Positions 45,115 to 57,643 of a stretch of DNA of 64,000 nucleotides are shown here, in pieces. The notes below the pieces were generated by a model. It did no database searches. It saw nothing but the letters and a program-made list of their open reading frames with translations, and was not told the origin of the DNA. The DNA comes from Rotaria socialis (taxonomy: Eukaryota), in the NCBI GenBank assembly GCA_905331295.1, contig CAJNYD010000033.1, positions 124,001 through 188,000 of the forward strand, read 5' to 3'. Position 1 is the first letter of the stretch. The number at the start of each line of letters is the position of its first letter. The translations under genes and the position numbers were made by a program.

Positions 45115-46542
45115 CCAACCGACAATATCATCCTCGAGAAACGTGACTGTTTTTGGGTCAACCGAATCTGTATGAAAATTGTTATATCGGACTCGCATAC
45201 GTAGAGTTTGTTTCATATATAACGAGAAATGAGTCAATCTATTTGCTGACTCGTACTTTTCTATACTCAGCTATTTCTGTTTCTTATCGTTTACTTTCAT
45301 TTGTATTATGAAACAACGATAATACAATGAAGACCAATCAACGTGATACCCACTACTACGAACACCACATTATCGCCATATCATACACAGCATTATGAAA
45401 CGACTAAACTAAACTCCGAGACAAAAGATTAATGTCATGTGTCTCATCTTGTTTCTTTTCTTTTCAGCTTTTATTTTTAACAATACTGTACGCTGTTTTG
45501 TTACTGTTTTACTTTTTCTGTTATGTGCATGTATTGTCTTTTTTCCATCAATAAAACGATGTTACCAAAAAAAAACAGCAATAATGAAGACTATCGATGT
45601 TCATATGATCTTGAGTGAAATCTATAAATTATTAGGAAATCAAAAAGATTGAAGTTTGACGATAAACAGGTACTAATTAGTGTGACTTGAAACAAAAGAA
45701 ATATATTTGTAATTCATGCTAAAAAAACAGTCTATATTTCAATAATATGAGAATCACAAAATTTCGTTTTCCTTACAGTTTTTGTTATCGTAATTTTATT
45801 TCATTTACGAATATTTTTTTCAGTCTTATTAGTCTTTTTGAATTTATATTCAATTGGATAATTTTGAATGATTTATGAAAATCAAATAAACACAAGCAAT
45901 TCTTGTTTTTTTAAGAAGGTTGATATATTTGACATAATTTAACTCTCTTCTTTTATTTCATTTTATTACAATTTAAATCAATTTAATGTGATTTGATAAT
46001 ATATAATTTACTTATTTATTTAAATTTAAAATTTAGAAATTGTTACGTTTCGTATCGCGATACGATACTTCATCAGATACAAAAATTTACATGTGATGTA
46101 TTGTACGAGTTTTCTGAAAAGTCAACGATTTTCCCATCCAAAATGAGTTTCCGGAAAGTAAATCAATTTTCAAAAATCGGCCGAATCATCCCAAAACATA
46201 CTAACTTCCCAGAATCGAAGCAATTTGTAAAAAAAGCATCGAATTTTCCATATCCGAATAAACTCAGTATCGAACGAATATTACAAAATCAGATGGAATC
46301 ACTGCACTTGAGATACTTCCCGATAGAGACACGAATTTTACACTATCACCAATGTTCCTGCCGAAACGCTCAGATCCCGATGACACAATGCCGAAGAAAA
46401 CCAACTACTCCTGTCAAATGAAATCCGAAAACCGGCGTTAACTGCATAGGTACTCCTATAGAAAAGAGTAAGAGATCATCTGTAGTCTTCTTCAACAACA
46501 CGACATACCTTCACACGTGGACACTGTGCAACGCGAACACAC

Positions 46543-48978
46543 TGTTGATGATGAAACATGAAAGAATCATTTCGTATTGTTACAAATGGGATGAAGCACA
46601 TGACATGTTTGATCCAATATAAATAAAAGCTTTTTGTAGACACAATTTTGTCTCCTCTTGAAAAGCTTTTAAACAGTGTGTACTTTTCTTTGCATTATAA
46701 AATTTTCACCGGGGAGGTAGCAACTCATCTACTTCACGACCGAATCATTCAGTGAGTTGTAACAGGTAATACTAAAACATTCTTGCTTCTTTTTCTTAAT
46801 TAAATTCACAATAATTTTGATCTATTGAACGTGTTTGATAGATATATATTTCATCGTTTTTTTCTTGTTTTGTTTTGAATGAGTAACTTCTTCTATACAT
46901 CTATATATATGTCGAGCATAAATTCACATGCCATAGAATTTATTTTCCAGTGCACTTATGATCAATACCATAATGATTTTTCAAACATTACACACAATTG
47001 ACAATAATATTCGAAAACTAAAATTAATCTATCCTAACTCATATGTTCCCTAAAAAAAAACAAATTCTTTTCAGCGTATACTGCGAAACTATTCACTTGT
47101 TATTTCATGTAAGTCAGTTACAATCCCGTATATTTAAATTTCACAGAAAATATATGTATCAGATTATTCTCAATTTTTTCACTACTTTTATTAGAATGTA
47201 GACTGTTCTCATTCTCTCCAGTTATTAAATCAATGTCAAAAGAGTAAAGGAACAAGCTGTGTCTAGTAAAACGCAATTACATTTCTGTATTGCGTCGATA
47301 GTTGTTATCATAGGAAATAATATAGATTATTTCCTTCACAGTCATAGGATCAATAGGAGAAGGAGTCAGTTAGCTACTAAACAATACAGAAAATAATCAA
47401 TAAAACTAGACGTTGAAAATAATGACTATTAGTATAAATTTTTGATTCAATAGGTAGAGCTTTCAAAAATCATTATATTGTACATATATTTTGATAAAAA
47501 CAAGTGAAAACTATTGCGCACATTGATTATGCAATTAAGTGTCTACATAATATAACTCACTGGAATCAGAAAATAGATAGAAATCTCATCAAATAAATAT
47601 CCGTTGATATGATTTTCAGAATACTTTTCTGAAAAAGTCATAAAATTGTTTATGTAACCTGCACATATCTATCATGAAAAAGAACGGAAATATCATAGAA
47701 GAAATGTAGAAGATGTTATTTGAACTGAAGATGCTAAGATGAGTCAACCCAGCTCCTGGTAAGATTTTTCAAAGAGAGATCTATTAGCCGATAACCAGAA
47801 GCTGATATCCTTCTAACCAAAAATATTCATTTCACTACTGACTATTTGATTTCTGCTTCATAAAAATAAAACCCAGATAGTGAAATATTGACTGTAATAT
47901 TGTTTTCCTACCTGATTCATAAACTTGTTTTTTTTCCAAGTTTCTTTCATCTAACATTGTAATCGATATTATCTATCGTTGTAGCATTTGTTCCTATGGA
48001 ATTCTATTGCTTTCATTTTTATATTCTACCAGCAAGTAGTAAGCTTGAATTATTTCATTATTGAATCTTTGTCATTTAAAGTAGAGAACAATCTTGAGAA
48101 TACGATGCCGAAAAAAGGCAAAGAAACACTTTTACCCACAGTGTACTTGCGAAACTACCCACAAAAATATACAAAATGAGAAAAAAAGGGGCCCTATTGG
48201 GAATCAACGATTTTACCCAAACTTTCTTCAAGAAATGTATTTAAAAATTGTTTCGGTGTCTTTCTATTGTAAAATCATTTACATGAAACACCAATAAAAT
48301 GTTCATCCCTCTACAAATTTATTCGAGATTACCATTAATTGGAATATATGTGGCTTTTATTGTTTTTTTGTAGAATACATATAATCATTTATTTATATAG
48401 AATTCAAGCAAAGACGTATATTCATTATGTGTGCAAGTTCATCAAGTAGTATTTTGAATAACTTTTCATTACAATATCNTGAGTTAGGATAGATTAATTT
48501 TAGTTTTCGAATATTATTGTCAATTGTGTGTAATGTTTGAAAAATCATTATGGTATTGATCATAAGTGCACTGGAAAATAAATTCTATGGCATGTGAATT
48601 TACGCTCGACATATATATAGATGTATAGAAGAAGTCACTCATTCAAAACAAAACAAGAAAAAAACGATGAAATATATATCTATCAAACACGTTCAATAGA
48701 TCAAAATTATTGTGAATTTAATTAGGAAAAAGAAGCAAGAATGTTTTAGTATTACCTGTTACAACTCACTGAATGATTCGGTTGTGAAGTAGATGAGTTG
48801 CTACCTCCCCGGTGAAAATTTTATAATGCAAAGAAAAGTACACACTGCTTAAAAGCTTTTCAAGAGGAGACAAAATTGTGTCTACAAAAGGCTTTTATTT
48901 GTATTGAATCAAGCATGTCATGTGCTTCATCCCATTCGTAACAATACGAAATGATTCTTTGATGTTTCGTCGTCAACA
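46543..48978. repeat. ~500-bp inverted repeat pair (46543-47042 / 48479-48978) around a 1.4-kb spacer; transposon or assembly artefact
   Basis: Arms are reverse complements with scattered mismatches; TG...CA ends; the only N I saw in the window (48479) is at the inner edge of the right arm. Confidence 0.7.
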
Positions 48979-49171
48979 TGAACCAAAAATTGTCAAAGCA
49001 GACTCTAAACGGTCTTGATTTTTTCAAAGAGAAGCATTAGTAAGACCGCTGCGAGATTAAAATTTGGCAGTCATTTTTGCTGTTCTGCGATGCAATTTGT
49101 TTCATCGCTGCTATGTAATAATAATAGTGTGTAATCAATAGAATCGGTAACTAACTGAATAGAATCTCGTA

Positions 49172-51115
49172 CACTGAGAAAAAAGATGCCAAAAGGAACC
49201 TTCGAGGTTTCTTGGAGCTATACTATACTTTTTAGGTATCCGTGGAGTTATACGAAATCTGTACCAGGTTCAGCAAAATGCAAGGTTTTGCAATATACTT
49301 TTAAGAGTTTCGAAATTTAAAAATGTTTCGTTGTGAACTATTTCGAATTTGTGATTTACAGTAGGTTTCGTCATAAACCCTTTTGAGTTTTGCATCCCAA
49401 AAGGTTTGTTAAAATATCTCGTCAAGAGAACGTATTCATGGCATATTCTAAAAAAAAGCCATCTCTCTCGACATCACATGCAACAGAACAACTACATGAC
49501 TAATGATACAATCAGCTGGCGCTTTCACAGTTTCATTCAATCGGTTTTCATCAAATCTCATCAACAAACATCTGAACTCATCCTGAAATTTTTTTTATTA
49601 CATTCATCGCTAGCTGTTTTCTCTCATCAGATTCCAGCGGTTATGATAAAGAACATCCAACATATTTATTGGTTGTCTTTTATCGGAGTGTGATTACCAC
49701 AATGCTTTATTTTTGGTAAGATTATTCTTTTGTTCTACATTGAACTAATTAATTTAGATTAGATCTTCGATCTAGTAGTTACTATATTTCAATTATTGCC
49801 ACAAAAGCAGTTGCTGAATCTATAACAGCAACTATTTTATGTGTGTATCTTATTACATTTTTTGCTCACATCTCATTCATTTCTTTATTTAGTGTTGATT
49901 CAAGTTTTGAAGTATGACTATAGAATTTGCACGTACATCATATCACACTTGAACTATACTTTTTCGTATTAAAGGTTAGTTGTCATAAGCATTAGTAAAT
50001 TCATTTTTCTTTTATTTTAATTCTTGGGAGAATTGCACTGTTGGTAAGTTATTATTATAAACAATAAATTCGTTCATCCACTATTTTAGTTCCTTCAAAA
50101 TTCGATGATCAGTAATTTAGGATGAGAAGTAAAAATTTATTTTTGTTCCTATTAAGGCTTGTCTTGAATTACATTATTAGTAAGTACTGATTAGAAATGA
50201 TAAATTAGTTTACCTTCTATTTTAGTTCGTTAAAAATTCAATTATTGGATACGTTACTATTAAAAATAATAAAGTTGTTTTTCTCTAAATAGATTTTAGG
50301 AGGAATTCTATTATTGGTAAGTTACCGTTAGAATTAATCAATTAGTTTCTTTTCTATTTAGGCTGTATGAGCAATTCTATCAGATGTGAGTTACCATTAG
50401 AATTAATATACGTGTTTATTCTTTATTTAGATTTTAGGAAAAATTCTATTATTGGTAAGTTACCTTTAGAATTAATCAATTAATAAATTTTCTATTTAGG
50501 TTCATGAAGAATGCTATCATTCGGAAGGTACTAGCATAATTAATATATTCGAATATTTGCTATTTAGGTTCTTGACACCAGTAATACTATTTTCATTAAC
50601 GGATCAAAAGAATCAATCATTTTTTTCATAAACCTCAGGCAAAAGAATAATATCCTTTGTGGTTGTGGATGCTATCTAAAGGAATTATCTGTATTGACTT
50701 GTTCTCGGTTTCGATGAGAGAATCTAAATGCTACGATAGTGGAAGTTGTGTTGTATAGCTCAATAGATGACAATCAGAATAGTAATGATAGAGCCGTGAG
50801 AAGATACGTTAAACAGGTTGAGATCGCCAGTGCTTTTGTTGTTGAGAGAACTGCGAAAACAGAGATTTATGCATGAGTCTTGTATTGAATAGTGGTGCAA
50901 ACTGCTTTAGTAGTAGAGTGTACTATTCAGCGAAACCTTTGTCCAATACTGCGTAGCGCATTTCATGGTACGAGAGGAGCAAAACCCTTTTTTTATGTGG
51001 GATATAATTATTGTCTTTTACGAAACCTACTTTCTACGAAACCTAAAAGCGTTTCGATTTCGTTTCAAAAATCGGAACCTTTTTGAGTTTCGTACAGTAC
51101 CTTTTTTTTTCAGTG
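49172..51115. mobile_element. CACTG-terminated (CMC/EnSpm-like) non-autonomous element carrying an internal micro-exon-like array
   Basis: CACTGAGAAAAAAG...CTTTTTTTTTCAGTG termini; subterminal AGGTTTC repeats at left and CGAAACCT repeats at right; flanks TA/TT (imperfect 2-bp TSD). Confidence 0.6.
49975..50567 (+). repeat. Tandem array of ~9 units, period 68-69 bp, each a ~45-nt intron-like segment plus a 22-24-nt exon-like segment
   Basis: Donor-like sites at 49975, 50044, 50112, 50180, (50248), 50317, 50386, 50455, (50524). Acceptor AGs at 50089, 50156, 50225, 50292, 50361, 50430, 50499, 50567. Confidence 0.75.
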
Positions 51116-51154
51116 TTGCTGAGCACATTAATGATCAAATATAAATATGAATAA

Positions 51155-52763
51155 CCCAGGTCGAAAGTTCCGACCAATGAATCTGACTGGATCGTATCGG
51201 ATCATGTAATAAAAATAAAGGGAACTGACAGGATCAGGTCGGATTTTTAACCAGGTTCTACAAGTTATCTGCACTGAAAAAAAGGTTCATTAGGAACTTA
51301 ATCAAGATTCACAGATTTGCAGCGAAAAAGAAACCTTTGGCGGGTTTCCTAAAAATATGGTTCCATACCTAACCATCTTTAATGCGCATTCAAATTGGCT
51401 TCGTAACTGAAATTTCGTCACAGTTACAATGCACTCGATCTTCGCTTCCAAGATTTGAACGGATAAATCTATCCCCTAACTTAATCCCTTAAACTATATC
51501 TAGCTGCTTATCTTAACACCTTAACTCCTTAACCTTAATCTATCATCTTATCTATATCTATCCTGAAACTATATCTAGCCGCCTAACTTAACCCATTAAC
51601 CTTAATCTATCACAGTTTCTATAGATATCTCCGTAACTTAAAGCTTACGCCCTAATCAAACGCCCAAAATAGTTTCGTAACTGTGTTTAACTCTTTCACT
51701 TAAGCGAATGTACTTGGACTCCTCAACAGAAAACATGTATGACTAGTTTTTATTGCGACTAGAAGTTACAGTGCAGTACGTTGTTTTTGATAATCTTAAG
51801 TACTTCAACTATTTCGATTTGTCATGACTATACTGTTTATTGGAAATATTTTGCTCAATGTGGAATATGATTAGCAGTGAAAAACGATTAATGATATAAG
51901 AAATGAAGTTCGGGCAAGTATTTCTGCTTTAATCCTTACATTTTGAAAGGATAATTTGAAGAGTACTATGCGAAATCTTTTCTCTTTTCGACGCCCGCAA
52001 AGGTTTCATAAGAAAGTCTACATGATATTAAATTCTTTTAACGTTTCGTTTTTGCGAATAAAACATTTTAAAGCGTAGTAAAATACCGCCAAACTTTTCT
52101 TTTTCAGTACAAGCACTTTGTGCTTAAAGAAATCAATGTTAATAAAAGAATACATGGCACTCCTAATACGTTTCAATTAATCAGAAAGAACGGCTTTCGT
52201 CGTAGATAAAAAGAAAACAGAATAATACTATTTTATGAAATGCTATTGCCATTTAAAACTATTATTGTCGATCGTGCCTGCCCTTTACTTTGTTGTTTCC
52301 TTTCTTCAATGAGACAGTTAGAGAATTTAGGACGGAGCAGTTTCGTATAAAATTGACTAGTGCAATTTCGACAATCGAAATTTAGTTCAATTTACTCTTT
52401 CGTAGAACTATCGTCTCTAAAGACTGAATTAAACTCAGAGACTTTTTGTTTTGTCGCACAAGAAAATAATTACATACAATATTTACAAAAAGTTAAGACA
52501 TTTTCGACTGCTCCTTGAAAAAATAATATCCGAGTTTTCAGATGCCGGAAACGGAGGGAACCGACTGGATTCCGAAAACAGAATCATATAGGGTCCGACA
52601 ATCGGGTTTCGTCGGATTCGGTAATTGACACAAGTCGGAAGTTACGGGTATTAGCTGAGATCTGATTGTATTCCGACATTCGGAGTCATCTCGGATGCAA
52701 TCATCGGAATTCATTGGATTGAAACACATCCGATAGAATCCGATGGTTGACTTTTGACCTGGA
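51155..52763. mobile_element. CCCAG-family MITE, apparently split by a nested CACTG-starting insertion at 51272
   Basis: AA|CCCAGGTCGAAAG...CTTTTGACCTGG(A)|AA; both halves are rich in TCGGAT/ATCCGA motifs; CACTGAAAAAAAGG begins at 51272. Confidence 0.55.
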
Positions 52764-53351
52764 AATATATATTTTATCGTAAAATTAAAAATAATTTGAA
52801 ATAAAATAATGTTTTGATTATCACGTTTTATATTCGACTTTGTTTACTTGGTTTACATTGAATACAACAGCTGTGAAATGTGACAGTTTGAGAAAATCTT
52901 TCTAATTATAGATGTTTTAAATTCGTTTTTTTTTAAGATATTGTCTGTACTATAGCAATTCATACAGCTGCCAAAATACTACTAATCTGACAGTAGAGTA
53001 CCATTTCTCGTTTGTTATAGAAATATTTTTATGATCTATCATTTTCACCCGTCCTATCCCTGTTGCTAAGACCTAGGGGAAGGCAGCTGAAAACAAATTT
53101 CGATTTAAAATTGTACTCGTGATAATTTTTTCGAAAATTATATATTTGAGTTCCACAAAATCAAGAAGGTCATGATAGTTTTTTTATTGATTTATAAAAT
53201 ACATGTGTACTTATGACTCTTGCCAATTTCCATCTGCTAATCAACTCAATTCTTTTTTGGTAACACGATTACAACAAATTATTTTATTTGATCAAAATAT
53301 GTTCTGGTTTATAAAAAAAGACAGATAAATAAATGTAGATAAAAACAACGC

Positions 53352-54515
53352 TTAATCGTTTTGCGCACTCTCATTTTCTTTGACCTCAGATTGATAATAA
53401 ATTTTATTTATATATTCTACCAGATCATTATGTTTCAAAGATCGAGCCAGTTCAAGTGGTGTCATGGTTAAATTTGATTGATTTCCTTGTTCAATTAGTT
53501 CTTTATCATCGAGTAATAATTTAATCATTGTTAAGTCACCATAACGCACAGCAAAATGAATAAGATTATCGCCACTATTATCATTTATTTTGCATAGAGT
53601 TTTATTGAAATATTTTAAGAAACAACTTGTTATCGAAATGTTTTTGTTCAAAATGGCGAGTTGTAATGGTGTATGATTATCTTTATCGATATGATCAAAT
53701 TTCACTGAGATGTTCACTGATTTTTTCATTAGATAATCAATGATTACATCGAGTAGTTCCTGTGAATTTGTGCTTATAGCAAGAATATGAAAAATATTTT
53801 GATCTCTATCATTAGTATCGTCGAAAAGTACGTCCGAGTTCTCTCTTTTTAATATATCCTTGACAGTAGTGATTCGATTAAGACGTATTGCATGTAAAAG
53901 TACTGTTTCACCGAATTCATTCGTTTTTTTCAGCAAGTCGATGGATGCAATAGGAATAAATTTTGTTAGCAGATCGGAATGATTGTTACTAATGCTATTA
54001 TGAAGTAATTCTGGACGTTTTTGAATGAATGGTCGACATATGCGTAAAATAGATTTGAAATCATTATTGATAAACAACGATTGAGTAGCATCTGAAATTT
54101 TATTCAAAAGCTGTTCATTATAATTATAATTTGCTTCTGGAGTGTTGATCGACGATGGAGAAGCTAAAATATTTTAATAGAAAAAAAGAATCATCATATT
54201 CAATACCAGGGGAATTATTTCAATAGTGGAATTCTATTGGATTCATGTCGGAATCTTATCGAATATAGTATGAATTTCATTAAACCGACAAAACCCTTCG
54301 GCCCATGTGTTCTGTTAGCACCATATGTTTATTCATTGGTGATTAAGAAAATCTTTTTTTTCGTCGGATCCGTTAGTAGGTCCGTGACCAGGAATCTGAT
54401 CGGATTTTGTCGGCTTGTCGGATCCCATGAGATCCGATAGGATTCACTGTAGGATTCATTCACCTGGGTAGAAGTAATCTTAAATAATATGATGATGAAT
54501 AAATAGGAATATGGG

Positions 54516-54549
<34 letters not shown>

Positions 54550-57191
54550 TTCATGATATGCAACAAAAGCAATTTCCATTAAATAAGAAAATCCATATAT
54601 AACAAATTCAATGCTATTCGATACTATTTCTATTTAATTGTTTAAAATAGATTTTGACTACAAATCCACTGAATCTCTTTATTAAATAAATAACTGAATT
54701 TTATAACATACAAATGATTTCGAGGAAAGAAGAATCCTTTGACTAAAAAAGGCATTGAAATTAACAATTTTAAAGAACATGTCAGATATTGCAATTCCTC
54801 AATCAAGAACGTTATAAAGCAATTTTGTTTTTATCAAGAATCGAATTTAAATAGCATGAATCGCATTCGAAGATGTCTCCTTAATTTTCAGCCCACTTTC
54901 ACATATTAAATGAGTATCAAAGTACGTCATAGAAAAAAGGAGTCCTCAAACGCTGTATTTAACTTCTCAATTAAAATATCTAGCAATCATCTATGTGATA
55001 CTATGAACCCTGACTATTATCATCTATGATCGACAACAATAAGAAAAAATAGCCATCAGTCTATTTTAACTGAAATTCTTCTAGATCGAATAATGTAGGA
55101 TACTTTGATATGAACAAGGATGCAATTTATGAAATTTTATTCACCTGAATTCGATGAAGTTAGAGTGGCACTTGATTCCTAGAATTAGTATTCATAAATG
55201 TTTCATCAGAAATCTATCGGATTTTAATCACCAGTATCGAGTTCGATTGTTGCAAGTCAGTTTTACTTTCACAAATAGGGACAAGAGCATCAGTTTCCCT
55301 GTCATCACCATCGATCAAACGACTAAATTTTGTGCGTTTATTTGAATTAGTTGGTACAAGTGGATCTGGATATTTCATCATTTTTGCTTGACATGTTTGA
55401 CATTGTACTTAAGTGGAAAACAAGAAAAATAAATAATCGTGAGAAAACAAATAAGAATTTAAATTACAAGATGGAACATAAAAGTATCGTAAAGGTTCTA
55501 ATATTCTTTCGTTTTGCCGTAAGATTATTTTGACAGGCACCAGTTTATCAATTTGAAATGGAAAATATGGTGTTTTAAACGATACCATTTGACCTTTAAC
55601 TTCAACATCGATGGCAAGTGCTGGTGGTTGCCAATGAATATCATCTGTATCCGATTCAAACATAACTTGTATGTCTATGAAGAAGAAAGGAAATACTAAA
55701 TGACTTTGAAGAACAAATTCTTATTACTTCCATATTTATTTTCTTCAAGTTTCTTTGTATAAAAAATTAGCACTTCTTCATTGCCTTGCGTAGAACCATT
55801 TCGGGGTGCATATTTGTACATACGACAGTCAGGTGGTGGGAAGATCGACTTTTTAATTGAGTCCGTCGGATTATTCTCGTCGAGTGACTCTTTTTCGTTG
55901 GTATCCGTCATTTCTTCTGAATAAGCTGTTAAATCAGACACAATTTCTTTCGGAAATGTATCATTGATATTGTTTTTTATAGCAATAACGAATGCTAATT
56001 GCATTGATTTAATATTATATTCCTTAACTATTTGTCTTCCAGAGCTTAGATTTAAAACAATATCATTACAAGGATTTGAATCTAAAATTTATGAATTTTA
56101 AACATATTTCTTTTTCTTACACATCTATCTACTAACGATCGCCATAAAATCGACGCAAAGGCCCATAGTTTTTCAATTCGTTTTCAATGATCTTATCAAT
56201 ATGTAAATCTGTAAAACTGAAACATAAAACAAATGTAATTATAAACTCATTTTTCGAAAGCTTTTCAAATACCAATGAATACCATCTAGATTATCATGTT
56301 TGATTGGATACCATACAGCATTATTGTATTGATCATTGCGATCTGTCTGATCGACATCTCTCAAGACATATGGATGTATATACCGACAATTAGATTTTTC
56401 ATGGAAAACTGTTACAAGAGAAATACCAATATAATATTGGTTTACTGGATGGCTAGTGTAAATCTTAGGCACCTATAAAAGAAAAACCGTTTTCTAGAAG
56501 AGACCAGAGCATAAAAACAGTAAAATTAGCATACACGAATTGTTGGGCCAGAGAAAGGAACATTTTTTGTTTTCGTTTTGAGTGTATGTCGTCGGCCGTC
56601 TTTTTCATTGTCTTTAAGAGTTCGCAATTTAGAAGTAAAACATGGTTGAGCAATAATTTCAATACGATCAGAACGAATGACTGTTTCTAAGATGGTTCAA
56701 AAACAATATCAATAGATTTTAGCAGTGACTGAATAGCTTATATTACCAGATGATTGTTCTCCGGAGAGAATTGCACTTGATTGGGGAGAGTAGCCAAATA
56801 ACGTTTCATTATCTAGAATATATAAATATAGTGAGAAATAATCGCCAAATATTACTTACTGCTATCAGACAATCCTGAGAAAGGCTCTTGATTGCTTGGC
56901 AATACTAAAAGTAGATATAGATTTGCAACAATTATTATGAAAGACAAACAAAATGATACATTTATAAAGACCTTCTTCATTTTCATTCAATTCTGAAAAA
57001 GCGTCTGCGAAAAACAAAATATATTGTTTTAATCTATATGATTGTATCAGAAATCAGAATTACCGATAAAACTTGGAGTCGGTGACAACGGAAGTGAGCT
57101 GAAGATATCATCTGAATAAAATAGTAATTACAAAACGAATATATTATTAATCATTCATACCAATTATCTGATCATCAGGTACTGTTGCCAT
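53352..57191 (-). CDS. NF-kB/Rel-like protein paralog B: divergent Rel-homology domain, IPT/TIG, NLS, ankyrin repeats
   Basis: Spliced model MATVPDDQII...RIEIIAQPCFTSKLRTLKDNE...GPTIR|VP...YIHPY...KNYGPLRRF...KYAPRNGSTQGNEEVLIF...MVSFKTPYF...CQTCQ...NKRTK, then ankyrins (GETVLLHAI, HTPLQLAI, GDNLIHFAV, TPLELA). No in-frame stop found in the exons translated. Confidence 0.8.
54206..54468. mobile_element. CCCAG-family MITE in an intron of NF-kB-like paralog B
   Basis: TA|CCAGG...CCTGGG|TA; internal TCGGATCC/ATCCGA/GGATTC repeats. Confidence 0.65.
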
Positions 57192-57344
57192 TTGTTTGAT
57201 AACTAATCTAAAAATATTCGAAAAAACGTTTTTCATCCATGTATTCAATCATACGAAGAAATTATGCGTTTCAGTTTGGTGACCAGGAGGGTCCGTAATA
57301 TTGGTAGTGCATCTTCATATAATTATCATAATTCTACATTATCA

Positions 57345-57643
57345 CCCAGATCGAACAGTCCGGCCTGGAAACGGTCCGTTCCGGATAGTTCCATTGATTT
57401 TGTAGAAGCAGTATTCCAGTTTGGAAAATTTTCGGATTTTTTCCGGTGATTTCCGATCAACTCCTGCCGGAAAGCACCGAAACTTGGCAGGAATCCGCCG
57501 GAACAGTCCGGCCCGTATTTTTGACCGGAATACTGCTTTCATGTTCCAGCGATTTCCCGTGTTTTCCTGCAGGATATGGCGACGTTCCAATATATTTTCT
57601 GTAGTATCCTACGGGTTCCGTTTGCCAGAATGCTCGACCTGGG
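57345..57643. mobile_element. CCCAG-family MITE between the NF-kB-like paralogs
   Basis: CA|CCCAGATCGAACA...TGCTCGACCTGGG|CA, with a perfect 2-bp TSD; GC-rich interior with many CCGG motifs. Confidence 0.75.

Noticed and set aside
45433..45580. Possible solo LTR (TGT start, AATAAA, ends in CA)
   Set aside because: No matching TSD or second copy; could equally be a LINE 3' UTR remnant.
45993..46421. 142-aa ORF
   Set aside because: No recognisable domain or splice structure; lies in a TE-rich region; likely spurious.
49975..50567. CRISPR-like repeat/spacer periodicity
   Set aside because: Repeats are degenerate, the 'spacers' resemble each other, conserved positions are splice signals, the context is eukaryotic and there are no cas genes.
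54518..54547. (AT)n microsatellite
   Set aside because: Ordinary simple repeat.
55321..55410. Possible frameshift in Rel paralog B
   Set aside because: Recounting the A-run gives CAA GCA AAA ATG ATG, so the frame is open.
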